Shown here: in pieces, positions 1 to 7,402 of the stretch
Layout of the letters: each line of letters opens with the position of its first letter
Position numbering within the stretch: position 1 is the stretch's first letter
Assembly (NCBI GenBank): GCA_027064425.1
Contig: JAMOPO010000027.1
Location: forward strand, 128,001-192,000
Length of the DNA stretch: 64,000 bases
Direction of reading: 5' to 3'
Source of the DNA: Methanobacteriota archaeon
GTDB taxonomy: Archaea > JAADCQ01 > Methanopyri > Methanopyrales > Methanopyraceae
Made by a program: the position numbers and the translations under genes
Notes under the pieces: model-generated
The model's database searches: none
Told to the model about the DNA's origin: nothing
Seen by the model: only the letters and a program-made list of their open reading frames with translations

Positions 1-262
1 CCCGCAGCAGCCTCACCATGGTCTCCGTCCGCAGGGACACGGTCCCGGGGAACCCCATGTGATGCCGGGAGACGCCGTAGGGCACCGCCGGGTACCAGGG
101 CGCCCCGGTCCTGCGCGACACCTCCCGGCAGATCGCGGTCGCGATGAGGTGGTCCGTGCCCAGCGGTAGGTGCGGCCCGTGCTGCTCCGTGCTCCCCACG
201 GGCAGCAGCACGACCTCGCCCTCCAGGTCCACCTCCGGGTGCGGAAGCTTCCGAGCCTCCAC
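1..262 (-). CDS. Creatininase/ArfB-family amidohydrolase (5' part; runs off the window)
   Basis: Manual translation from GTG at 262: MEARKLPHPEVDLEGEVVLLPVGSTEQHGPHLPLGTDHLIA...PYGVSRHHMGFPGTVSL, the creatininase-family EQHGPHLP and S-x-H-H-x-x-FPGT motifs. Confidence 0.85.
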   Translation of the reverse strand, partial: MEARKLPHPEVDLEGEVVLLPVGSTEQHGPHLPLGTDHLIATAICREVSRRTGAPWYPAVPYGVSRHHMGFPGTVSLRTETMVRLLR

Positions 263-1081
263 CTAGGCCTCCCCCAGCATCTCCTTGAGCAGCTCCTTCG
301 CCTCGCCCAGATCCAGCGGGGGCTCGTCCACGCCGAGCTCCCGGAGCAGCTCCACGTGCTCGGGCGGCTTCAGCCCCGCGGACCGCATCAGGTCCACGTC
401 GGTGAGCACCTCCTCCGGGGTACCGTCGGCGATCACGTCTCCCCGCTTGATCACCACCACTCGGTCCGCCAGCTCCGCCGCCACGTCCACGTCGAACGTC
501 GTGAGCACCAGGGTGAACCCCATCCGCTCCTTCAGCTCGGAGATCAGCCGCACGAACCTCCTCGTCGCCCGGTAGTCCAGCCCGGAGGTCGGCTCGTCGA
601 GGATCAGCAGGTCGGGCTCCGTGACCACGGCGCCCGCGAGCGCCACGAGCTTCTTCTGTCCCTCGCTGAGAAACTGCGGCGGGCGGTCCTTCAGGTGCTC
701 GATGCCCAGATCCCTCAGCACCCTCTCCGCCCGCTCGAACGCCTCCTCCCGAGGCACGCCGCGGTTCACCAGGCCGAAGGCCACGTCCTCCAGGACGCTG
801 GGCATGATCAGCTGGTCGTCCACGTTCTGGAACACGACTCCCAGCCGCTCCCTAACCCGCGCCGACTCCTCCGGCAGCTCGTGCCCCAGCACCTTGATGC
901 GACCGTCCTTGGGTTTCAAAAGGCCCAACATGTGGTTCAGCAGCGTCGTCTTGCCCGACCCGTTGGGCCCGAGGACGACCACCGACTCCCTCTCCCGGAT
1001 CTTCAGCGTCAGGCCGCACACGGACCGGGTACCGTCCGGGTACTCGTGCTCCAGGCACTCGATCTTCACCGCGTAACCTAT
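263..1081 (-). CDS. cbiO: ECF-type Co/Ni transporter ATPase CbiO
   Basis: Walker A GPNGSGKT, VFQN Q-loop, LSEGQKK signature, LILDEPT Walker B. Start is either ATA at 1081 or GTG at 1069. Confidence 0.88.
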   Translation of the reverse strand: MGYAVKIECLEHEYPDGTRSVCGLTLKIRERESVVVLGPNGSGKTTLLNHMLGLLKPKDGRIKVLGHELPEESARVRERLGVVFQNVDDQLIMPSVLEDVAFGLVNRGVPREEAFERAERVLRDLGIEHLKDRPPQFLSEGQKKLVALAGAVVTEPDLLILDEPTSGLDYRATRRFVRLISELKERMGFTLVLTTFDVDVAAELADRVVVIKRGDVIADGTPEEVLTDVDLMRSAGLKPPEHVELLRELGVDEPPLDLGEAKELLKEMLGEA

Positions 1082-1783
1082 CCCGGCCCACCCCCCAGGA
1101 GGAGCGCGCAGGTGACGGAGAGCAGCGTGAGCGTCGCCCACGCGGCGTCCGCCGCGGACAGGCTCGGGGGTCGCAGCGGCCGCACCCTGCCGCGGACCCC
1201 GCGGACCTCTATACTGGCCCTCAACCGCCGCGCGGAGGCGTAACCCCGGGCGACCAGCGACGCCACGATCACCCCGAGCAGCCGGGGTCGGATCCTCGCG
1301 CCGCGCACGCGTGCCGACCTGATGATGCCCTCAAGGTCGCGCATCAGCCCGTAGAAGGACCGGTGAAACAGCAGGGCCATCTCCGCGAGAGGACCGGGCA
1401 TCAATCGCGCCAGCGAGGACCACAAGGCGTTGAAAGGGGGTGGTCAGGGTCACGAGCAGCGTCGCCAGCAGGGCGGTGAAGCCGCGGGCCGCGTAGAGCG
1501 CGACGTCCCTCGCGGGGACGCCAGTGGGTAGCATCAGTACCAGAATCGCCCCTAGGAAGCCCGCGGGGAGGGCCGCGAGCCTCAGCAGCACGCGCCACGG
1601 AATCCGGGCCGCCAGCGCCCCCGCCAGGTAGGGGAGGGAGGGGATCAGGGCGCTCCAGGGGTCTCGCACGACGAGCAGGGCGACAAGGGTCATCGCGAGG
1701 CAGCCCAGCTTGGTCACCGGGTCGACCCGGTGAAGGACGGTGTCCGCCGCCAGCGACCACTCCAGCACTTCCTCCACGGTCAA
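1078..1783 (-). pseudogene. cbiQ: ECF transporter T component CbiQ, split by one extra base near 1432-1440 (pseudogene, sequencing error or +1 recoding)
   Basis: N-half (LHRVDPVTKL...LTTPF) and C-half (NALWSSLARL...SARVRG...ASIEVRG) are in different frames. The span is 706 nt = 235 codons + 1. Confidence 0.8.
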
Positions 1784-1786
1784 CGG

Positions 1787-2374
1787 CTAGCGCACCCATT
1801 CCGGCATCATCCTCTCCAGCGCCACCACGGCGTGGGGCGTGATCAGCGCCTCGAGCACCGCCACAAGGACCCAGTTCGGCGTCAGCGTGACCAAGAAGTA
1901 GGTTGCGGAACGGCCGGTGGCCCAGGCGACGACGAACGCCGTGACGAACGCCGTGATCGTCAGGACGACGAAGGTGGCGATCCCCGCCGACACCAGCGGG
2001 CTCAGTACCGCTCTCAGCCCCCGGTACAGCGCCCACACTCCCGCGCACTCGGACCAGTTCAGCAGCGTGTTGAGGCCGACGATGGTGATCCCGCCGTGCC
2101 CCAGCAGCGCGCACGCCAGGTTCACCAGGAAGACCACCGGGGCCGACGCCCAGGGGCCCAGGAGTATTCCTATCAATCCCACCAGGCTAACGTGCGCGTG
2201 GAGCAGCGGGATCTGCATCGCGGCGAACGATAAGCCGGCCAGGATGCCGGCCGGGACGACCTTCTCCCGGGGCGTCCTGTAGGCGCCCAGGGCGACGAGC
2301 GCTCCCGCCGCGGCGTAGAGGACCGCGCACCACTTAATCGGGATCACGCCGTCGGGCAGGTGGACGTGCGCTAA
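1787..2374 (-). CDS. cbiM: ECF transporter S component CbiM/NikM
   Basis: HLPDG N-terminal motif, HAHVSLVGLIGILLGP, GHGGITIVGLN, several TM helices. No canonical start upstream of HLPDG (TTA at 2374 or GTC at 2365). Confidence 0.85.
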   Translation of the reverse strand, partial: LAHVHLPDGVIPIKWCAVLYAAAGALVALGAYRTPREKVVPAGILAGLSFAAMQIPLLHAHVSLVGLIGILLGPWASAPVVFLVNLACALLGHGGITIVGLNTLLNWSECAGVWALYRGLRAVLSPLVSAGIATFVVLTITAFVTAFVVAWATGRSATYFLVTLTPNWVLVAVLEALITPHAVVALERMMPEWVR

Positions 2375-2474
2375 CCCGACTCCCCCCGAACGCGCTAGAT
2401 GAGGACCATCAAAGCTGCTAATACCGTCCGCGTATTAAATTCAACGCGCCGGACCGCCCGGGGACGCGCTCTCC

Positions 2475-3386
2475 ATGGGAAAGGCAACCGTGGCGACCGC
2501 GCAGCTGTCGTCCTGCGTGGGCTGTCACGTATCGCTGCTGGACCTGCACGAGCGGCTGCTTGACCTGGTGGAGGACGCCATCGACATCAAGTACTGCTAC
2601 GTGCTGGTGGACCAAAAGGAGATCCCAGAGGAGGTCGACGTGGCGCTCATTGAGGGCAGCATTCGGAACGAGGAGGACCTGGAGGTGGCGGAGGAGCTCC
2701 GGGAGGCGGCGGAGGTCGTGGTGGCGGTGGGCACGTGCGCCTGCTTCGGCGGCGTGCACGGGCTGGCCAACCTCTTCGACCGCGAGGAGCTGCTCAAGTG
2801 GGTGTACGAGGAGTCTCACAGCACGGACGACGAGGGCGAGACGCCCAGCGAGATCGTCCCGGAGCTCTTCGAGCGCGTGAGGCCGCTCGGCGAGGTCATC
2901 GACGTCGACTACACGGTCCCGGGGTGCCCGCCTAAGCCGGACGCCATCGCGGAGGTGGTCACGGCCATCCTGGAGGACCGGGAGCCGGAGCTTCCGAGAA
3001 CCAACCTCTGCGAGGAGTGCCCGAGGGAGAAGGAGAACAAGCCCATCGAGGAGCTGAAGCTCCGGACCGGGCAGGGTAAGCCGGACCCGGACAAGTGCCT
3101 GCTGGAGCAGGGATACCCGTGCATGGGCCCGGCCACGGTGGCCGGCTGCGGGGCGGCGTGCCCGTCGCGGGGACTGCCGTGCCGAGGCTGCAACGGGCCG
3201 ACGCGGGAGGCGGCCGACCAGGGCGCCGCGTTCCTGGACGCGATCGCCTCCGTGTCCTTCGAGGCGGACGTGGACGTGGAGGAGCTCCTGGACGACCTCG
3301 TGGACCTGCCCGGACGACTCTACATGTTCTCCATGGCCGCCTCGCTCCTGAAGGGACGCCGGGACGTGATCGGCGGGGGGAGGTAG
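2475..3386 (+). CDS. vhuG: F420-non-reducing [NiFe(Se)] hydrogenase small subunit
   Basis: SSCVGC, EGS, GTCACFGG, PGCPP, CEEC, CMGPAT, CRGC Fe-S motifs. Confidence 0.93.
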   Translation: MGKATVATAQLSSCVGCHVSLLDLHERLLDLVEDAIDIKYCYVLVDQKEIPEEVDVALIEGSIRNEEDLEVAEELREAAEVVVAVGTCACFGGVHGLANLFDREELLKWVYEESHSTDDEGETPSEIVPELFERVRPLGEVIDVDYTVPGCPPKPDAIAEVVTAILEDREPELPRTNLCEECPREKENKPIEELKLRTGQGKPDPDKCLLEQGYPCMGPATVAGCGAACPSRGLPCRGCNGPTREAADQGAAFLDAIASVSFEADVDVEELLDDLVDLPGRLYMFSMAASLLKGRRDVIGGGR

Positions 3387-3387
3387 G

Positions 3388-4695
3388 GTGGCGGAGATTA
3401 AGATCCACCCGCTGACGAGGGTGGAGGGTCACGGAGAGGTCGTCATCGAGGTTGAGGACGGCGAGATCAAGGACGTCAAGTTCGCCATCCTGGCCGTCCG
3501 CGGCTTCGAGAAGTTCATCCAGGGTCGACCGGCGGAGGACGTCCCGTACATCGTGTCCCGGATCTGCGGCATCTGCCAGACCGCGCACCACCTGGCGGCC
3601 TGCAAGGCGGTGGACGGGTGCTTCGGCGTCGAGCCGCCCGAGGGAGGCCACAAGATCCGCTGGCTGATGCACCTGGGTAACATGATCCACAGCCACGCCC
3701 TGCACTTCTACTTCCTGGCCGCTCCGGACTACGTGATCGGCCCGGACGCCGATCCGCTGCAGCGGAACGTGATCCAGCTGGTGAAGGAGAACCCGGAGCT
3801 GGGCAAGCTGGCGATCGAGCTCCGCAAGTTCGGCCAGGACATCGTTGAGGCGACGGGAGGCAAGGCGATCCATCCGGTGTCCGGCGTCCCGGGAGGCGTT
3901 TCCGCGCCGGTGGACGAGGAGGACCGGGACGAGCTGCTCGACCGCGCGGAGGAGATGGTGGAGAAGGCCTACGAGGGTGCCAAGGCCGGGATCGAGGCCA
4001 TCAAGGAGACGCTGGATGAGTACAAGGAGAAGCACGACCTCGACCTGCTGGAGACGCTGGGCAACATCGAGACGTACCACATGGGCCTCGTGGCGGACGG
4101 GAACAGGCACGAGTTTTACGACGGTGAGGTCCGCGTCGTGGACCCGGAGGGCAACGAGTTCACGAAGTTCAAGCCGGAGGAGTACCTGGACGTGATCGCC
4201 GAGCGGTCCATCGAGTACTCGTACGTCAAGCACCCGTACCTGAAGGAGGTCGGGTACCCGGACGGCATCTACCGCGTCGGGCCGGGCGCCCGGCTGAACG
4301 TGTGCGAGGAGATGAAGACGGACCGGGCGCAGGAGCTCTACGAGGAGTACGTCGACGAGTTCGGCGAGTGCGTGAACTACTCGCTCACGATCAACTGGGC
4401 CCGGCTGATCGAGCTCGTGGCGGCGTGCGAGGAGGCCAAGCAGCTGCTCGAGGACGACGTGATCACCGAGGAGGATGAGTGCAAGGAGGACTACGAGCCG
4501 CAGGAGGGTGAGGGCGTCGGCATCGTCGAGGCCCCGCGAGGCACGCTGATCCACCACTACAAGACGGACGAGGAGGGCCGGATCACCGAGGCCAACATGA
4601 TCGTCGCCACGACCCACAACGTGCCCGCGATCGAGATGGCGCTGCGCGACGCCGCGAAGAAGCTTGAGGACGAGATCGTCAAACTGGCCGAATAG
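3388..4695 (+). CDS. vhuA: F420-non-reducing hydrogenase large subunit lacking the C-terminal Ni-binding motif
   Basis: TRVEGHG, RGFE, RICGIC, EAPRGTLIHHY. Ends without the DPCxxCxxH segment, which is supplied by vhuU. Confidence 0.93.
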   Translation: MAEIKIHPLTRVEGHGEVVIEVEDGEIKDVKFAILAVRGFEKFIQGRPAEDVPYIVSRICGICQTAHHLAACKAVDGCFGVEPPEGGHKIRWLMHLGNMIHSHALHFYFLAAPDYVIGPDADPLQRNVIQLVKENPELGKLAIELRKFGQDIVEATGGKAIHPVSGVPGGVSAPVDEEDRDELLDRAEEMVEKAYEGAKAGIEAIKETLDEYKEKHDLDLLETLGNIETYHMGLVADGNRHEFYDGEVRVVDPEGNEFTKFKPEEYLDVIAERSIEYSYVKHPYLKEVGYPDGIYRVGPGARLNVCEEMKTDRAQELYEEYVDEFGECVNYSLTINWARLIELVAACEEAKQLLEDDVITEEDECKEDYEPQEGEGVGIVEAPRGTLIHHYKTDEEGRITEANMIVATTHNVPAIEMALRDAAKKLEDEIVKLAE

Positions 4696-4722
4696 GTCGA
4701 CTGAATGGGGGATCGGGTCCCG

Positions 4723-4848
4723 ATGGCCGAGAAGAAGGACGTGCTGAACTACCTCGAGATGATCATCCGGAGCTACGACATCTGACTGTCGTGCGCGGCC
4801 CACGCGCTGGAGAAGGTCAGGATCCGGGTCAAGAAGCGCGGAGACTAA
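4723..4848 (+). CDS. vhuU: Selenocysteine-containing hydrogenase peptide VhuU (41 aa; Sec at TGA 4783-4785)
   Basis: MAEKKDVLNYLEMIIRSYDI-U-LSCAAH-ALEKVRIRVKKRGD: the RxYDxUxxCxxH motif plus a cleavable tail, G-rich RBS upstream, SECIS downstream. Confidence 0.95.
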
Positions 4849-4865
4849 CGCCCCCGGCCGATGAG

Positions 4866-4897
4866 GGCCCGGGGGAACCCTAACGGGACCCCGGGCC
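4866..4897 (+). promoter_or_regulatory. Archaeal SECIS element in the vhuU 3' UTR
   Basis: GGCCCGGGG-GAA-CCC-TAAC-GGG-A-CCCCGGGCC: 9-bp GC stem, GAA/A internal loop, 3-bp apical stem. Confidence 0.92.
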
Positions 4898-5182
4898 GGA
4901 TGGTCCGGGCCTCCCCCACCTCCACGCTATCCCGTACGCGAGCAGCGCGACCAGCGTCTCCAGCGGGAGTCGGTACAGACCCACCTTCTCGATCATGACC
5001 GCGTCCACGGTGGCCGAGCCGAGCACACCGGGCAGGATGGTCAGCACCCGGAACCACCGGGGAAGCCCATACCGGAGTGAGAACCAGGTGAAGGCCGCGA
5101 ACCCGGCGACCGCGAGCGCGTTCAGCACGCAGATTCTAGCGAAGACGTCCAACCGGACACCCCTCATCGTTACGAATTTCAT
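4880..5182 (-). CDS. Small membrane protein (about 3 TM), unknown function
   Basis: Hydrophobic ORF downstream of the tRNA. The ORF-track extension through the tRNA is spurious; start at 5182 or 5167. Confidence 0.55.
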   Translation of the reverse strand: MKFVTMRGVRLDVFARICVLNALAVAGFAAFTWFSLRYGLPRWFRVLTILPGVLGSATVDAVMIEKVGLYRLPLETLVALLAYGIAWRWGRPGPSGPGSR

Positions 5183-5194
5183 AACGATTGCCGG

Positions 5195-5270
5195 TGGTAG
5201 GGCCGCCCGGATTTGAACCGGGGTCGCGGGGTCCAAAGCCCCGCAGGATAGACCGCTACCCCACGGCCCT
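5195..5270 (-). tRNA. tRNA-Gln(UUG) with encoded CCA, no intron
   Basis: AGGGCCG T GGGGTAGCGGTCTATCCTG CGGGG CT TTG GA CCCCG ... GGTTCAAATCC GGG CGGCCCT A CCA; A1-U72 pair. Confidence 0.96.
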
Positions 5271-5300
5271 GCCTCCTCCATGCGTGCCACGGCGCCCGGT

Positions 5301-5318
5301 GATATTTAACGATTTCGG
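5301..5318 (-). promoter_or_regulatory. BRE/TATA promoter of tRNA-Gln
   Basis: Minus strand CGAAA-TCG-TTAAATATC about 30 nt upstream of the tRNA. The same CGAAA+TTAAA pattern occurs near 17824 and 35566. Confidence 0.7.
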
Positions 5319-5407
5319 GCGTGGGTGCGGCCTGGGTCCAAAACCTTTAACTAGGTGAAGGTTGCCGCTAGTTCTCTAATGAGAGTTGAAAGGGGGTGAG
5401 CTCAACC

Positions 5408-5533
5408 TTGATCGAGAAGAAGGCCAAGCACGAGGGAGAGATCCCACGGGACTACCGGATGTCCAGCCGGGACCCGTTCGAGCACTACTTCGTCTTCAGG
5501 CGGGGGAAGGCGGCCAAGAAGTCTCGACGGTAG
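5408..5533 (+). CDS. 41-aa basic small protein, unknown function
   Basis: TTG start after RBS GGGGGTGA with a TATA-like CTTTAAC at about 5345; MIEKKAKHEGEIPRDYRMSSRDPFEHYFVFRRGKAAKKSRR. Confidence 0.55.
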   Translation: MIEKKAKHEGEIPRDYRMSSRDPFEHYFVFRRGKAAKKSRR

Positions 5534-6113
5534 CCCCGGCCGCATCGAACGCGACGGCCGTGACGTAGTTCAACAGCGTGAACCGGCCCACGCGGACGTC
5601 GAACCCCTTGACGTCCGAGCACCGCTTTATCAGTCCAGCCTCGGCGCACTCCGGCAGCAGCCGCGAGATCGTTGACACGACTCTCCCCACCCACAGCCCC
5701 TCCTCCACGTCCTCAGGTGGTTCTCCCACGTAGGCCGCCCCGTCGCGCGCGTCGTCGGTCATTATGTCAAGCTTAAGCCCGTCCAGCCGGTCCAGCTCGC
5801 ACCCCTGGTACATGAACTCCTCCGGTTCGAACTCGTGCTTGACGCCCTCGATCACGTCGAACGCGCTGAACACGACCTTCGGGACCTCCTCCAGCTCCAC
5901 CCGGTGCATGCGCTCGAGCTCGCTCTCGTAGAACTCGCGCGCCTCCTCCACCGTACGGATCTCTTCGCCGTAGTACTCCTTCACGATCGGGAGCGGGCGC
6001 AGGTCCACCTCCTCCGTCCCGTGGTCCTCCGCGAGCTCGATCTTAATCCGGACGAGGGAGCGGAGCTTCTTCAGCCCCTGCTTGAGCGTCCGCCTCCTGA
6101 CCTCCAGCGTCAT
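5496..6113 (-). CDS. Hypothetical acidic protein
   Basis: Host-like Glu-rich composition; ATGA overlap with the upstream regulator gene. Confidence 0.7.
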   Translation of the reverse strand: MTLEVRRRTLKQGLKKLRSLVRIKIELAEDHGTEEVDLRPLPIVKEYYGEEIRTVEEAREFYESELERMHRVELEEVPKVVFSAFDVIEGVKHEFEPEEFMYQGCELDRLDGLKLDIMTDDARDGAAYVGEPPEDVEEGLWVGRVVSTISRLLPECAEAGLIKRCSDVKGFDVRVGRFTLLNYVTAVAFDAAGATVETSWPPSPA

Positions 6114-6544
6114 GACTCGCGAACCTCCTCGATGATGCTCCGGACGTCCTCGCTTTCCCTGTACCGCTCCTTCAGCAGCTTAAAGAGCTTGACCAGGCGG
6201 CGGAAGGACTGCTCGTCCAGGAAGTGCTCCATGGAGCAGGCGTCGCGCTCGGCGGTCTCGGGGTCGACGCCGAGGAACCGGAGGAACTCGGTGATGACGA
6301 CGTGCCGGTTCCACACGCTGCGCCCGATCTTTCGCCCCTTCTTCCTGAGCCGGATGGAGCCGCGGGAGTACTCGACGAGGCCGCGGTCCTCCATCTTGCG
6401 GATCATCTCGAGGGCGGTAGGCTTGGAGACTCCGAGGTACTCGCTGAGCTCGGAGATGCGGACGTCTCCGTCCTTAGACTCGGAGAGCACGTAAATGGCC
6501 TCGAGGTAGTCCTCCATCCGCGGCGAGAGCTCGTTGCCGGTCAT
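6110..6544 (-). CDS. DtxR/MntR-family metal-dependent transcriptional regulator
   Basis: EDYLEAIY, LGVSKPT HTH, RHVVITEFL, DACSMEH. True start is ATG 6544; the upstream extension is an sRNA. Confidence 0.9.
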   Translation of the reverse strand: MTGNELSPRMEDYLEAIYVLSESKDGDVRISELSEYLGVSKPTALEMIRKMEDRGLVEYSRGSIRLRKKGRKIGRSVWNRHVVITEFLRFLGVDPETAERDACSMEHFLDEQSFRRLVKLFKLLKERYRESEDVRSIIEEVRES

Positions 6545-6557
6545 TCCCGGGTGTACC

Positions 6558-6626
6558 CCGATCAGGTGTGGCCGCTTCTTCTCATCGGCCGGAGGCCTCG
6601 ATCCCGGTCCCGTGATCATCATCCTT
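6558..6626 (-). ncRNA. Box C/D guide sRNA candidate
   Basis: ATGATGA (6622-6616) - guide - TCGA - GGCC hairpin - ATGAGAA - GAAGCGGCCACAC - CTGA (6565-6562). Confidence 0.7.
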
Positions 6627-7326
6627 CCGGCACGGGGGCCTTGACGAACCCCGTTTCGGGCAGGCTGGGCGGGTGCCAGACCTCCTTCTCGCGCAGCACG
6701 GCGACCTCCCGGACCGCGTCGTGGAAGGCGGGAACGCGGTCGATCACCCCGGAGTCAGACGTCACCGGGACCCCGGGGAAATTTACCAGTTTCTCGTCCA
6801 CCCCCTTGACCGCCGCGGCCTTCACGGGCACGTCCAGCTCCTCGCTGAGGTGCCGCTCCACGGTGGCCGCGAGCTCCCCGCTGCCGCTGACGGGCGCGTC
6901 GAACAGGACCTTGACCGAGGAGGGTTGCACGTGCTCCAGGTACTCGACCAGGAGCTCCAGCGCCGTATCCACCTCGTCCTCCTCGATCTTGGGAGACATG
7001 CGCAGGTCCCGGACGACGCCGTCGTCGCAGATCACCGCCTCGCCCTGCTCGAGGGCCGCGAGGCCGACGAGCACGTTGTAGCCGTCGATGATCAGGTCGT
7101 GTCCCTGGAGGAGCTCGGTGGGCGCCCGCTTGCCTGCGCGGGCCAGCGCCTCCATCCGGGGCCAGACGATCCGGTAGATCGCCTGCACCTCCTGGTTGCT
7201 GAGTCCCCAGGTCCGCTGGGCGGCCTTCAGCGCTCGTCGCTTGGGGATCCCGGAGTCGACCATCCTGCGCACGACCAAAAGGTATTTTTCGATAGACTCT
7301 AGGAGCAGCTTGAACTCCACCCTCAC
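6619..7326 (-). CDS. DUF434/PIN-like domain protein
   Basis: IIDGYNV, DGVVRDL, LFDAPVSGSGELA, VTSDS motifs. Confidence 0.75.
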   Translation of the reverse strand: MRVEFKLLLESIEKYLLVVRRMVDSGIPKRRALKAAQRTWGLSNQEVQAIYRIVWPRMEALARAGKRAPTELLQGHDLIIDGYNVLVGLAALEQGEAVICDDGVVRDLRMSPKIEEDEVDTALELLVEYLEHVQPSSVKVLFDAPVSGSGELAATVERHLSEELDVPVKAAAVKGVDEKLVNFPGVPVTSDSGVIDRVPAFHDAVREVAVLREKEVWHPPSLPETGFVKAPVPEG

Positions 7327-7395
7327 CCGCCCCTGTCGATGACGAGGCTACCCCACGCCGAGTTCCCCGATGAGGAGGAATCGGGGTGAGGGCGG
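7327..7395 (+). ncRNA. Box C/D guide sRNA candidate (tRNA-targeting)
   Basis: CCGCCC..ATGACGA (7339) - GGCTACCCCACG - CCGA - ATGAGGA - GGAATCGGG - GTGA - GGGCGG; terminal stem present. Confidence 0.72.
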
Positions 7396-7402
7396 AGACG
7401 CG

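Noticed and set aside
2395-2445. Possible C/D sRNA or metal/cobalamin riboswitch upstream of cbiM (ATGAGGA...CTAA)
   Set aside because: No second box pair or terminal stem; the region is better explained as a divergent TATA promoter
4693-4722. Read-through fusion of vhuA and vhuU (TAG as pyrrolysine)
   Set aside because: Needs two consecutive recoding events, no pyl genes are seen, vhuU has its own RBS, and split VhuA/VhuU is the established arrangement
2959-4803. Long antisense ORFs (also 30380..33136, 43223..45049, 25217..26896, 46349..48106 and many shorter ones)
   Set aside because: Shadows of real genes caused by high GC and biased codon usage; they have no motifs and are rich in L/V/H/R/P
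5386-5568. 60-aa ORF from the track
   Set aside because: It contains the RBS of the better supported 5408..5533 frame
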